64,000 bases of DNA. It comes from Geosiphon pyriformis uo1. Its lineage: Eukaryota; Fungi; Glomeromycota. The notes beneath the pieces are model-generated. The model was not told the origin of the DNA. It searched no databases and saw only the letters and a program-made list of their open reading frames with translations. How positions within the stretch are numbered: position 1 is the first letter of the stretch; each line of letters begins with the position of its first letter. The stretch lies in NCBI GenBank assembly GCA_016748015.1, contig JAAOMT010000752.1:132976-196975 (forward strand), given 5' to 3'. Below are positions 13,640 to 26,544 of this stretch, piece by piece. The translations under genes were made by a program, and so were the position numbers.

Positions 13640-14189
13640 TTTTTTTAATCAATTAATAAAACAAAACAAACAAAAAAAAATTAATATCTTATTAATAGTT
13701 ATAATCAAAAACTATTGTTTTAATATTGTTAAATATATTATTAATACTATTAACATTAATATAAGTAAATTAAATTTTAATATATTAAGTATAGATTCAT
13801 AAAATAATAACTTTTAGATATAATTTAATTAATGTTTTTATTAGAATAATTAGAGTAATTAAAATAATAATAAAAACTAAATTAATTTTAAGTAAGTTTA
13901 TTTATTTTTAAAAAAGTTTGTTTTTTTTTACTTTCAAAATTTTATTATATATATATAAATTTTTGTAATATAAAATTTCTAAAATTTTTACAATTTTTTT
14001 AAGTTATTATTAAAATTTTTGATATTTCTAAAATTTCTGTTATTTTTGTTATATTTTTGAAATTTTTGACATTTTTAAAATTTTTATTAAAATTTTTAAA
14101 ATATTTAATATTATATGTTTTAATAATTTTTTATTTTGTTATTAGTTATTTATTTTATTATTATTTTTTTGTTTTTTATGTAAATAATA
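13640..14189 (-). repeat. Degenerate LTR fragment (C/solo-LTR family), minus strand
   Basis: Collinear with 37400-37956 (AATAGTTATAATCAAAAACTATTGTT; AATTTCT-type repeats; end GTAAATAATA resembles GAGTAACA). Confidence 0.5.
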
Positions 14190-15443
14190 ATATAAAAAAA
14201 AAACTTTTTCTTGTTAATCTCCTGACTATGACAAGAGCAAAGATTTATTGAAAAATTAATTAGTTTTTTTTCCTTTTTTTCTTTGTATTTTTTTAATTAT
14301 TTCTTCTAACTTATCTTTTTTTGTTGTAATAGAACTAATAAGCTCTTTCGTTAGTGATTATAGTTTAGATTTAGCTGGTTTGGAGATTTACTTGAGCATT
14401 AAGAAAAAATGTGTGAAGAATGTTTACTTTTATAATGCATTTTATAAAAAACCAAAAAAGCCTAATACAGATATCAGTATAGTCAACTTGTTTATTAGTC
14501 TTTTAAGTCTTAAAGATATTAATGTCTTTGATAAAAAGCTGGTGGTATTTTGGAGTAGTGAAGTTAATAGTAAAGCCAATAGTATTAACAATCTATTGGA
14601 TATAGAAAATATAAAAAATATTATTATCAAAAAAACTAGTTATATAGACCCAGATAATTTAATAGTTAATAACAATATAGACAATATTATATCATAAAAA
14701 ATTTGCATTTGAACATATATGTTGGGTCATCTACCAAAAACTCTTTTATTTATAGATTTGAGTAATAACAATAACATTTTAATGCTTCTATTATCTAAGT
14801 TTAATAGCTTGAAGCAATTCTTATTGATTAAGTCATGGGTTTTAGAAAAATGGAGTTTCAATTTGGCAAAGTTGTTTGTATTAAATATTAAGTTGTTTGT
14901 CATTCTTGGCAAATCTAATGATAATAAATTATTATGTGTAAAAAAAATTTTCTATTGTGTAAATAGTTTTGGAGGAGCTTTTACTTTTTCAAAATTTTCA
15001 GAAATAATCAGATCTTTTTTTACATCTGAATTGAGTTTAAAAAAGACTAAGAAAATAGCTATTAATAAAAAAATTTTAATTAATAATGATATGAGAAAAA
15101 CAAACAGCTACACAGATTAAAAAGTGATAGTTAAAAAAATTCCAGTAAATCTTTTCAAATTGGTAGTAGAATTAGTTTTTTTCAAATTTGGCAAGATTAT
15201 TTTAATTAAAATATAGCTTATTGGTTTTTGGAAAAAGGTCTTTGTAAAGTTTAAATTATTAGATATTGCTAATTTAATTGTCTTTAAGTGATCAGTTTTC
15301 ATGAAAAAAGATTTTGTACATATAATATTGGCTGTTGATAATAAATAATCATGGGTTTTTAAAGATTTTTATAAAACTGTATTGTATATTTTACTAATTG
15401 GTATTACTGTTTATAATCTTTCTGGGTTGTTGAAATTATATGG

Positions 15444-16383
15444 TGTTACTTAAAGAAAGAAAGCCATCAAAAAAAGAAGAAAAAATGTGACCTGAAGAAA
15501 AACATAATAAAACATGAAGAGATATAGAATAGTGCGCAATAATGTTGGATAATGTGTTATAACATTGGATAATGTATTATAACATAGAATAACGCATTAT
15601 AATATAAGATAACATGTTATAACATGGGATAACATAAAATAATGTGTAATAATATTAGATAACGTGTTATAATATAGGATAATTAGTTATAACATAAGAA
15701 AAACAAAGTGATAGCTAACAAGAACAGATGATCCAAAGCAATCCTGTAAAACTAGAAAATACATATATATAGCAGTAGCATTAAAGACAGAAAGAAGAGA
15801 AGAGAAAAAAAAATTTTCTTAGTTATCATTCTCCAGTTAGAAACCATAGCATTTCAAAATATCAATAAATATACTTATTCAGCATCTCAAATCCAGTTGT
15901 TTGCTATTAATCCTAAATGGTAATAGTAATTGATACTTAAAATACACGGGAACAATAGTCTTTGATCATGGCTATTAACAGGATACTAACTTGTATTGCC
16001 TTGGCTTATTGTCTTTATTTTTTTTATCTTTTTTATTTTTTTGTCTTTATTTTGTTGGGTATACTAATTGATTAAGGATTAAAGTACTAAGTATTAATGT
16101 TAAGAATTGCCTGGTAAAAGACTTCTGCAAGTGGGTAGAATGCATAAGAATTACGAATTGCTTACCAGAGGATTGCTGGCCATTATGCTAAGAAAGAAAT
16201 TGACAGAATTGTGATTCCAGGAAGCTACAAAAAAAATAACACAGGTATCTCTGTCTATTATACAAAAAACTCCAATCAAAACCTTCTGATTGAAACATCT
16301 TTAAACATTACTAACATTATCAATTAAGCACCAAGTTATGGGTTTGTTATTTGCTTTGAGACTTCAAATAATCACTTATAATA
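15444..16383 (+). repeat. 5' LTR of element A
   Basis: TGTTAC...TATAATA (mutated TGTAACA); direct repeat of 33835-34775. The U3 has tandem ATAAYRTG/ATAACATRG repeats (15537-15695). Confidence 0.92.
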
Positions 16384-16402
16384 TTTGGTATTCCCTGTGA
16401 GG
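16384..16402 (+). promoter_or_regulatory. Primer-binding site of A (TGGTATTCCCTGTGAGG, mutated TGGTGCTCTC...)
   Basis: TT+TGG immediately after the LTR; the same motif follows the B and C 5' LTRs. Confidence 0.8.
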
Positions 16403-16445
16403 TATAATCCTACAGAAAACCAGCACCAACAACAATCATCCAAAA

Positions 16446-19400
16446 ATGGCAAAATCAGAAATCATAGGAGCAAACCATTTTGAATTCGCCAAATTCTTGT
16501 TTCAACAGTACAGCCAACAATTAGGATTAAACAACAACCATTTCTCAGTGGAATTAGCCTTTAACTTTTATGTCAATGATAAAATCACAGACTGCTTAGA
16601 AGGAACAGTTAACATTAAATCCACAAGAGAAAATTTCTATACAGAATTATTTCAACATACCAGCTTACTAAAAAACCACAGTTTCACACCAATCATCAGG
16701 AAAATCAATCAAATTATTGAAAGGTACACCCAACAACAATTCCCCATTACTTACACAGACAAAAGCAAAAGAAGATTGCAAACACCAGTGGTAACACCCA
16801 AAAAGATACAACCACCCACTTGGAGAAAACCAAAATTGAAGCACCAACCAATCCATTATATCATTATACACCAGAAAGTGCCATTAATATATTATCAGCA
16901 GACGCATTTACATTAAACATGACATTGATCTTTGAATAATTCCTATTTCAAAGTAAACAAAGAAGAGCAGAGTTACTAAGACCATATGGCGAATATTTTG
17001 AAGGATTTAAATTACGATTACTAACGCCATTAGGTTTTCAATTACCACCATCTTAACCAGATTTCAGAAATACAAGTCCCTGAGAAATAATGGAATTAGA
17101 AGAGGAGGAAGAAGAAAAAACTGAAGATCAGGAATTTACTTATCAGAATCCAATCACAGAAAATTCAGAAATTAAAACTTCGAACATTCAAACCCAACAA
17201 ACTCTAAATAATTTAAACCCAAGTTAATTAATCAGAAAAACTTATCTTCAATAATCGTCATTAATCAGCCACCAATTGTACTGATACAAGAACTAATTCT
17301 ACTACAGCCACTTCAGCAACCTATTCAATCACTGCTTTAACAACTCCAACAGCCATTGCAACAACCACAACCACAACAATTGAATTTGGATTCAATGGCC
17401 TACACTCCAATAGCAAAACTTAAAAAGTTTACTAGTGAAAAAGACAATGCCCAAATATGGCTCAACAACATTGAAAAGGCCATCACAGCAAATAGATGAA
17501 ATGATGCAAGAGCCCTCCAAGCCATCCCTTACTTTCTCCAAAATACTACCAATTCATGATATCAAAGTTTAGCCAACAAACCCCAAGATTTCAATGCATT
17601 CAAGCTTACATTCCTACAATACTTTAGTAATAATAATAGCATCAATTATTTGGCAAACACTTTTACTACCATTAAGCAAGGAAAAAATAAAGCAGTTACT
17701 ACTTATTTAGGACACTTTTACAAAAATCTGTTCCAAATTCAAGCCATACAGGCTGATTATTTCACAGTGCCACAAATCCTAAATCAATTCATTTGAGGCC
17801 TGCACAATAGCATTTTCCAACACATATGTCCAATGTACCCAGCAGATCTTCAAGCCACTATTACAAATGCCAGAGATTTTGAAGCAACTAAACTTAAAGC
17901 CAATCATGTCCAAGCCATAAATCTAGTAATGAACAAATCATCTGAATTGGATTCCAAATTGAAACAATTTAGTGATTCAATTAATCAGAAACTAGAAGAA
18001 TACTTAGCTAACAATCAAGCAATTTATTAGCCTTTACAATGATGTAATAATTCAGGAAACACAAATTGTTTCCAAAATCAGTCGCGTCTTTCATCATCAT
18101 TATCCAATTAGCCATGGCAGCAAGAGATGCATAGTTGCTACAATTGTGGTAAACAAGGTTACATTAGAGCTAGCTGCCGAGGTTATAGCAATAATCCACA
18201 ATCAGAGAATTAAAATCAAAACTCCGATCACAGATTTCAAACTCTGAACCACTATTCAAATTAAGATCACTATCAACTACACTACACTCAAATAGTACAA
18301 CAACCAATATACCAAACTCCAATACTAGTCATCTACCAGCCACAGCCATAAGTGATATATCAGCCACAACAAATTCAAACCCCATTACACCATTCAACCC
18401 AAACGTTACCTGAAAACCAAAGACCAAGAATTGTTCAGCAAAACTGGAGATTAGTGATGGTTGTACATTAACTGATCTCTAGTTCATCCAACCATGTCTT
18501 AGAATCATGTCCTAGAAATTTGGAAAATGGGTACAACCAAAATCAGAGTTCCCAGAACTATCTGAGTCTCTTGGTTGCCTCAGAAGATGCCTCGACCAAC
18601 AATGACCTGGAAACCTCTCCAAGACAAACAATCAATAACAACATACCTCCAGCCACCATCACAAATGACAAATTATTAGCAGCCATTTTTTTCTTCGAAA
18701 TTAAGGGACTAACTAAAACCCCTCTCTTTAGTGGAGCTGCCCTTGATACAAAACCCATTACTGCCATGTACACCAACACTAAAATCGATGGACAGGCCAT
18801 CAAGCTGATCCTAGACAGTGGTTCAGTAGGCAGCATTATCACATGACAACTCATGGACCAATTAGGTCACCAAGTTGATCATGCTGCCAGCGCCAGAATT
18901 ATCACTGCTAATGGAGCCACCAAAACTCTAATTGGTGAAATCGACAAATTTTCCATCGAAGTCAATGGTATCATTGTATTAATCAAGATTTTAGTCATAG
19001 AAGCCACCTAGTACCAAGCTCTTGTTGGTAATAACTGGCTGTTTAAAACCAATGCTGTGTTTAATTAGAACACCTAGAAGCTACAGCTCAGCCAAAATGG
19101 GCAGCATACTAGAGTACTAGTCACCTGTGGATACTTCAAGACCACTACAACCACACCACTAATTGAATTTGAGGAAGAAGAAAAAAAACCTACCTGGAAA
19201 GCCTATCAAGTTTTGTGGGCTGACACCAATCACAACAAATTACTGCCAATACTGTCTTGGGACAACAAAAGAAAAAGAAAAGAAGAAAACAAGCCACAAG
19301 AAGATATTACTAACAAAATTACCAGTGGCTGGGAAAGTTCCTATTCAACTGACACCAGACCAGAACCACTCTATATTCCACTCCAGTGCAAAGACTGTAG

Positions 19401-20147
19401 GAAAAAGTTTTCCTTCATGGAAGTTTGGGTTGTGTCTGACAAAGACTACTGAATGCGGATCCATTACTATTGCAAACCATGTCACCATGAATGCTACGGC
19501 TACTCAAAATGTTAAGACAAGTGGAACAATGAACCATGTCTTGCTTATGGCAAACAACTGCTCAATGAAGGGATGTGAAACAACATTTCTGGTCAAGAAG
19601 GAACCTGCAATGCATTATGTCAATACACAATTCTCATTAATGACTGGGTAAGTTGAGGAACCCCAATAACTGCAGCCTGGTATTGAGTGGTCTTTTGCCT
19701 AGATGGTTACTTACACAACAAAGATGAAATTTGAAGAATGGTCAATGCCAAGATAGAAGATGCTTTACTCAGTGAGATTTTAGAAATAAAGAACAATTCC
19801 CTTGAACCAATTAAAGTTGTTCTTATTCCTAATGCCTTTTTAGATATTGAGACAGGCCCAGAGAAATTTCATGATTACTACCAAAATTTAGCACTCATTC
19901 AAAAGGAACAAGAACAGTACTTGGAAAAAATAAACACCCAATTATGTGATCACTGTTTGATTCCATGTGACTTTCAATATTGTAATAAATGTGACTTCAT
20001 CTACAATCCAACACCATACAGAATCTACATAATTCTGGAAGAGAAAGAACCAATCAGCAGCTGCACATCAGAATTGGATTCAACTTTTAATCCCAATTTA
20101 AACCCCAATGATGATAACAACAATGGTTTCAGCTCCATTTAAAATGA
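16446..20147 (+). pseudogene. Element A Gag - aspartic protease - Cys-rich domain (5' part of polyprotein)
   Basis: Retrotransposon capsid motif (KFTSEKDNAQIWL..IEKAI), CYNCGKQGYIRASC knuckle, LILDSGS protease, CKDC/CKPC/CDHC..CNKC clusters. Confidence 0.88.
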
Positions 20148-21140
20148 TGTTACCAGTAGAATTTTAGCTATTAATTAGCATAAAATTATCCTTATAATTC
20201 TTATAATTCATTAGTATATTAATATCATTTCAAATTATTATTTATTATTTAATCAAGTATTACATATTACGATTCAATTAAAATAATCTAATTAGTATAA
20301 CAGAAAGTAAGATGATCAAATTACACAATACCCTGAACTTTGTAACATTCAAAAATTCGCCGAAATTTATAAGAAATTCGCCGAAATTTACAGAAATTCG
20401 CCGAAATTATGAATAGTTCATCCAAATTAATCAATAGTTCAGAAAAATAACTTGTAGTTTATCAAAATGTATCTTTAGTTTGCCGGAATTTGGGCAAAGA
20501 GAAAAAGTGCAAGTTCATAAACTAGTACTACAACAAGTTGTATAAAAGAAGAGCTTTTTTTCTTTTGGAAAATGTATCTTACTTTAGATTTATTACTTAA
20601 AACCATTTCTACACACACAAAAAGAAATAAATACCAAATAATTTGAAAAACCAAATTTTTTAATTATTGCCCTTAGAAAATCCCCAAAAACCAACTAACA
20701 TTTCGAAATTGATTAGCTACCAATTTCAGTAAACTGTTAGTGACTCCAGGCCTGGATAAAAAACGTTTCTCTTGACAAAATTCTATTTCTTTTACATTTT
20801 TTTTATTTTTTTTTATTTTTTTTACTATAATCATTAGGGTAGTCTACAGACAAGATTCCTGTAGAAGAGTTGACTTTTACAGCAAAGTAACTACACATTT
20901 TTAGTGAGCTTCTAGACAAGCAATTCCTGAGAAAGAGTTGACGTTTACTACAATGTAACTACATAAAGTAACTGGCAAAGAATTGGCCATTCCACTTATA
21001 AGCCCAGCAGTTCAAATTATAGGAGATAATTTGAAGATAAATTCAGTTATTGGAGGTTCAACTACTTCCTGAAAACGTGAATTCACAGCAAATTAACATT
21101 ACTAACATTTAAGAAAAGAGACCAAAAACCTCTAGTAACA
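20148..21140 (+). repeat. 5' LTR of element B
   Basis: Direct repeat of 28750-29741; tandem GAAATTCGCCGAAATTT units at 20352-20410; TATAAAAG at ~20541; followed by PBS TTTGGTGCTCTCTC. Confidence 0.95.
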
Positions 21141-24100
21141 TTTGGTGCTCTCTCATAGAAATAACACAACAACAACAAATTCAAAGTGGTGACCACACCA
21201 GACACAGCAACTCTAGAGTATTACCAGTCAATTTACACCCACTGCAAGCAAAAATTCAACATTCCAGACGGAATTGAAATTGTAAAGAAATCAGTATACC
21301 AATACATTAAAAACCGCATCAACAATTATTTTTTTGGAAACTACAACATTTCAGAAGTTAGAAGCAACCTCTACAATAATTTAGTGCACTATTCACAATT
21401 GGGAACAGAAGACCTGAACAGTGAAACACTTGCTACCTACTTCTAAGAACTTAATTTTAATATTATTAAGTATTGTAAAGAAAAATACCCAGTACAGTCT
21501 AAATACTTTTTTGACTTTGAATCAGAGACAAAAACAAGCAATAAAGGCAAACAAAGATTGAAACAATACTCAAGAACCACTCCAAACACTCCAACACTAC
21601 AAAAGACAACTGCCAAACACTTGCAAACACCTGAACAAGGAACCAGTGTCAAATTACCACTTTCTATTACACCATTTCCAATTTTACTTGTTCAACCACA
21701 AATACCAAGTTCACTACTTAGCCGTTTTTCCAGACCAGAAGATTTTTAGTCACTTAAAAATCCTACTCAACAGCAGGAACCAATATCAACAAGTGCCAAT
21801 ATCATTGATTACTTACAGGAAAACGAAAGTAATTACTCAGAAAGCTTGGAAAGTAAAGAAACTGAATCAGAACCAGAAGAAATTCCAGAAAACAAAGAAG
21901 AAATGGCAACTGCTTACATTGCAAAAATCCCAGAATTCACTGATAAAGACAATGATACCAGTCCCCAAGAATGGCTTGACAAAGTTCAAAAAGCAGGAGA
22001 TGCAAATGGTTGGATTGCAGCAAGAATGCTCAAAGCAATTCTCTACTTTCTCCAAGGAACAGCAGAAGAATGGTTTGAAAATTTAGAAGAACCATTTGAA
22101 AACTGGCAAACATTCAAAGATGCTTTTCTACAACAATTCACCAACAACAATACCTCTATCACTCTCAGAAACTGCTTTCACAATATCAAACAAGAAACAT
22201 CTGAATCTGTTATGACCTATTTTGGAAGATTTAACAAACTTCTCAGACAAATCTGACAATTGGAAACCAATAACTACTATTCTGATGCTCAAATTCTGGA
22301 TCAGTTTATAGCAAGATTAAAAGACAAACTGATTAAGAAAGTCTGTCCACATGCTCCAGCAGACTTAGCAACTGTTATTAGACATGCAAAGAGCTATGAA
22401 ATAGCAATAAAAGAAGCAAATCACACCAAGCTTGTAAATCTTGCAATTAGAAAAACCAGTTCAGCAGCTGAAAAAAAGATAGACCAACTCACAAAAAAAG
22501 TTGAAAGCTACTTCACAAACCAACAACAACAGCAACAACAACCACAAAGATATCAACCCCCACAATGACGCAACCAAAACAATTTTGGATCATCATCCAA
22601 CAACCAATCTCAAAATTGTCATTATTGTGGAATTCCAGGGCACTGGAAACGAGATTGTAGGAAATTACAAAGAGACCAACAAAACAGAAGTAATCAACGT
22701 TACTCTTCATTACAACAATCTTATTACCAATCTCTACCACCAACTTATTATTCACCAAAACCACAACATCAAAACAGTTACTATTCACCAGCTCCACAAT
22801 CAATGCAGCAATAATATCAGCAACCTTTACCAATTCAATCATATCAGACACCACCCACTCAACAATATCAAGTACCAGCAAGAAGATTGGTTCAACATAA
22901 CCAATCCACACTCCAAAATCAATTGCAGAATAACCACAACTGAATCAATCCAAATAACCAGTTGGTTCCCCGAAATTTGGGCCAGCAAAGACCCAATTAC
23001 TATCACACTCAACCCAGTTATCTTACAATACCAGAGGAATCGGATTTTCAACAAACTGTACTTTTTGAAGGTGAAATTGCAGCACCAAGATCAAACTCTT
23101 TCAACTACACTATTCCCCCAGCTCAAATTGCCCAAAATGCTAATCTGTCAGATATATTTCCATTTGAATTTGAGGCAAATAAATCACCATTTCTGCTTAG
23201 TAATGCAGCAGTCAATGAACAGAAAGCAATTACTGCCATGTACACAAAAGCTACAGTGGAAGGAAAACCCATTCGCTTAATCTTAGATAGTGGATCAGCT
23301 GGAAGTATCATCACTTACCAACTGATACAACAACTCAAACGAAACATAGACAGACCAGCTCAAACAGTTATTGTCACAGCTGATGGTATAAAGAAGACTC
23401 CAGTAGGAGAAATTGATGATTTCCCTTTTTCAATTGATGGAATCATCATTCCAGTTAAAGTTCTTGTTATGGATGCACCCCAATACCAAGCTCTAGTCGG
23501 AAATGATTGGCTTCTCAAGGCCAATGCAAACCTGAACTGGAAAACTCAAGAACTTAAAATCTCATACCAAGGACAATATACCATAGTACCTGCAACCTGT
23601 GGTACCTTTAACAAATGATCAGAAAAAGCTCTAGTATTTGAATTTGAAGAGAAGAAAGAAATGCCACTTACTGAAACCTACATGGCTCTTGGATCAACAT
23701 CCAATTGGGCTGAAGAAACCGAACAAGAGATTTTCAAAGAATCAAGAGGATGAAAGAAAGTTAGATATTCTACACCAGAACCACAGAAACAACCACTCTA
23801 TATTCCACTCAAATGCAAAGATTGCAACAAAAAACTTTCATCAATGGAAGCATGTATTTTTCCAGAAGAGGAATATGAAACTCGTACCTGTTACTTTTGC
23901 AAAGCATGCCATAGAGAACAATTTGGATCTCCAAAAAGAAATGGAAAATGAAACAACACACCTTGCCTTACATGTGGAGAAATACTACTAGAAGAATGCA
24001 ATTGGATTGATGTAGCAATGAAAAGATGAGTATGTAATCAAACCTGTTAATATGCTCTATCAATTTCGGAAAAAGTCAGAAAAAGGACACCATTTGATAC

Positions 24101-24530
24101 AGCATACAACAGTGCTCTCAATAAACTTTACTACTATCCTTATAATGCTGAAATGATTTTTGACCTAGCAATGGCATTAATTAATGGAGCCATTCAAGAA
24201 GATGTCTGCCAAATGAAAGAAGCTGAATATATTGAGTACACCATAAAATTAGCTGGATTTGATTATGAAGATGAAGTAGAAACCTACCACCAAATTGCAA
24301 GCCACACATATCCGACCAAAGAAGCTCAAATTCAACAATTAGAGCAAATGAACATTCAATTGTGTGAAGAATGTGTTATGTTTTGTGATGACCAATGGTG
24401 TTTAGAATGTTATGCTCTTAGCATTCCTCTGCCAGATGAGAATGATGAAAATAAAATCGAATTTGGAGTATCTGAACAAGTAGAAGAACTACCAACCACT
24501 CCTATCTATCTTCTTGAAAAGCAACCACCT

Positions 24531-24962
24531 TTACAATTTAAATATTTTGACAACCATGGCCAAGGAATCAGACCAGAAAAAGCACATGAAATTGATGCTG
24601 GATATGACTTGAGATACCCAGGAAAAGATACTTTGATTCTCCAACCAAAGTCTTTAACAAAAATCAATATAAAAATTGCTCTTGAAATTCCACCAGGAGC
24701 AATGGTTCAAATTGCCTCCAGATTATTATTGGCAAGCAAAAGAATCAATATTAGAGGAGGAGTTATAGATGCAGGATACACTGGAGACATTACTATCATG
24801 TTACAGAATGAGACAGACAAACCATTCAAAATTGAATATGCTGAAAAAATTGCTCAAGCAATTTACTTACCTTTAATCAACATTTCGGGTTTACAATCAG
24901 TAAACAACAGAGAACAATTGGGAAAAAGTGAAAGAGGAACTCAAGGTTTTGGTTCAACTGGA
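24531..24962 (+). CDS. dut: Trimeric dUTPase domain within element B polyprotein
   Basis: All five motifs are present: AGYDL, QIASR(LL<-SS)LA, GVIDAGYTG, KIAQAI, RGTQGFGSTG. Confidence 0.92.
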
Positions 24963-25318
24963 CGATTTACAGTTCCAGTAAACATAGTTCTTAATACACA
25001 AAATGAATCCCACCAGATTTTTCAACTTCCTCAGCCAATTACCATTTCACCTTTTGGAAAACATCACGAAATTTACACTTGCTCAAAACCCACCACTACA
25101 CAACAAATCTTTGAATCCAATGAACAAATCTGTTTGAAGCATGAAATATCAATTCCAAACGTTTATATTCCCAAAGGAATGAAAAAATTTTGAGTTACAT
25201 TCTACAACCCCAATAATTACCTTATTGTTTTATTAAACAAATTAGAAATTGGAATCATACACAGCAATATCTTTCAAGATGAAAACCCTCAAATTGTCTC
25301 TAATTTCATCGAAATTAT

Positions 25319-25768
25319 NNNNNNNNNNNNNNNNNNNNNNNNNNNNNNNNNNNNNNNNNNNNNNNNNNNNNNNNNNNNNNNNNNNNNNNNNNNNNNNNNN
25401 NNNNNNNNNNNNNNNNNNNNNNNNNNNNNNNNNNNNNNNNNNNNNNNNNNNNNNNNNNNNNNNNNNNNNNNNNNNNNNNNNNNNNNNNNNNNNNNNNNNN
25501 NNNNNNNNNNNNNNNNNNNNNNNNNNNNNNNNNNNNNNNNNNNNNNNNNNNNNNNNNNNNNNNNNNNNNNNNNNNNNNNNNNNNNNNNNNNNNNNNNNNN
25601 NNNNNNNNNNNNNNNNNNNNNNNNNNNNNNNNNNNNNNNNNNNNNNNNNNNNNNNNNNNNNNNNNNNNNNNNNNNNNNNNNNNNNNNNNNNNNNNNNNNN
25701 NNNNNNNNNNNNNNNNNNNNNNNNNNNNNNNNNNNNNNNNNNNNNNNNNNNNNNNNNNNNNNNNNNNN
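25319..25768. other. Assembly gap (450 N) covering most of the element B RT core
   Basis: Run of N; the flanks correspond to pre-RT and RT-thumb sequences of A and C. Confidence 1.
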
Positions 25769-26544
25769 AAAGTTAAATATTGAGAAATGTCACTTTGGAA
25801 AAACAAGTTTGATCTTTCTTGGACACATAGTTAGTAAAGATGGAATCAAACCAAATCCAGGAACAATCAATGCTGTCAAAAACTTTCAAACCCCCAGAAA
25901 TACTACAGAACTAAGAGGATTTGTGGGATTAGTCTCTTACTATCGAAAATTCATAAAAGGATTCTCAGAAATTGCCAAACCACTCAATTATCTTACCAAC
26001 AAAAACGTACCATACAAATAGACTGAAGAACAACAAAAAGCTTTTGAAATTCTCAAAACAAAATTGACAACAGCCCCAGTTCTTGCTTACCCAGACTTCA
26101 ACAAACGATTCCAATTAGCCACTGATGCCTCACACATAGCATTTGGTGCCATCTTATCACAATTGGATGAAAATGGCCAAGAACAAGTTATTGCCTATGC
26201 CAGCAGAACACTCAAGCCAACAGAACTCAAATATGGCTCAACTGAATTAGAAGCTGCTGCAGTTATTTGGGCTCTTAAACATTTTCAACAATATCTGAAA
26301 AATGGAAAAAAATTTGACATAATAACAGACAACATTGGCCTCAAATGGCTCAATAAAAAGAAAACTGAACAAAGTGCCAAACAGTCTCGATAGAATAACT
26401 TCCTAGCAGACTACAGATATATTGTACACCACAAACCAGGAAAACTACATACCAATGTTGATAGTCTCAAGAATGAGACAAGATTAGTACCAACAACAAT
26501 TCCACCACAACTTACCAACTTACCAACAAAATAACCAAACAAGA

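Larger units (their letters stand above)
21186..26487 (+). pseudogene. Element B polyprotein: N-terminal extension - Gag(CA/NC) - PR - Cys-rich - dUTPase - dUTPase-like - RT (partly in gap) - RNase H
   Basis: ORF pieces 21186, 21558, 21846, 22260, 22962 and 24153 share one frame and are broken only by single-codon stops. CHYCGIPGHWKRDC (22617-22658); LILDSGSAGS; FLGHIVS/LRGFVGLVSYY; TDAS..ELEAAA..TDN. Ends LSRMRQD* after restoring a 2-nt deletion. Confidence 0.9.

Noticed and set aside
15537-15695. Short tandem repeats here and at 47864-47985 as CRISPR-like arrays
   Set aside because: No unique spacers and no cas genes; they lie inside LTR U3 regions and are duplicated in both LTRs.
22501-23280. 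259-aa ORF overlapping B Gag/PR, and similar alternative-frame ORFs (21646, 19163, 23638, 50510)
   Set aside because: Shadow frames of Q/P/N-rich Gag codons; no motifs, and no recognisable conservation between families.
24153-25193. Host or viral stand-alone dUTPase gene
   Set aside because: It is in frame with Gag-PR and lies at the same position inside all three LTR-bounded elements.
25249-25806. ORFs made of X
   Set aside because: Artefacts of the N gap. By comparison with C, the true missing segment is probably longer than 450 nt.
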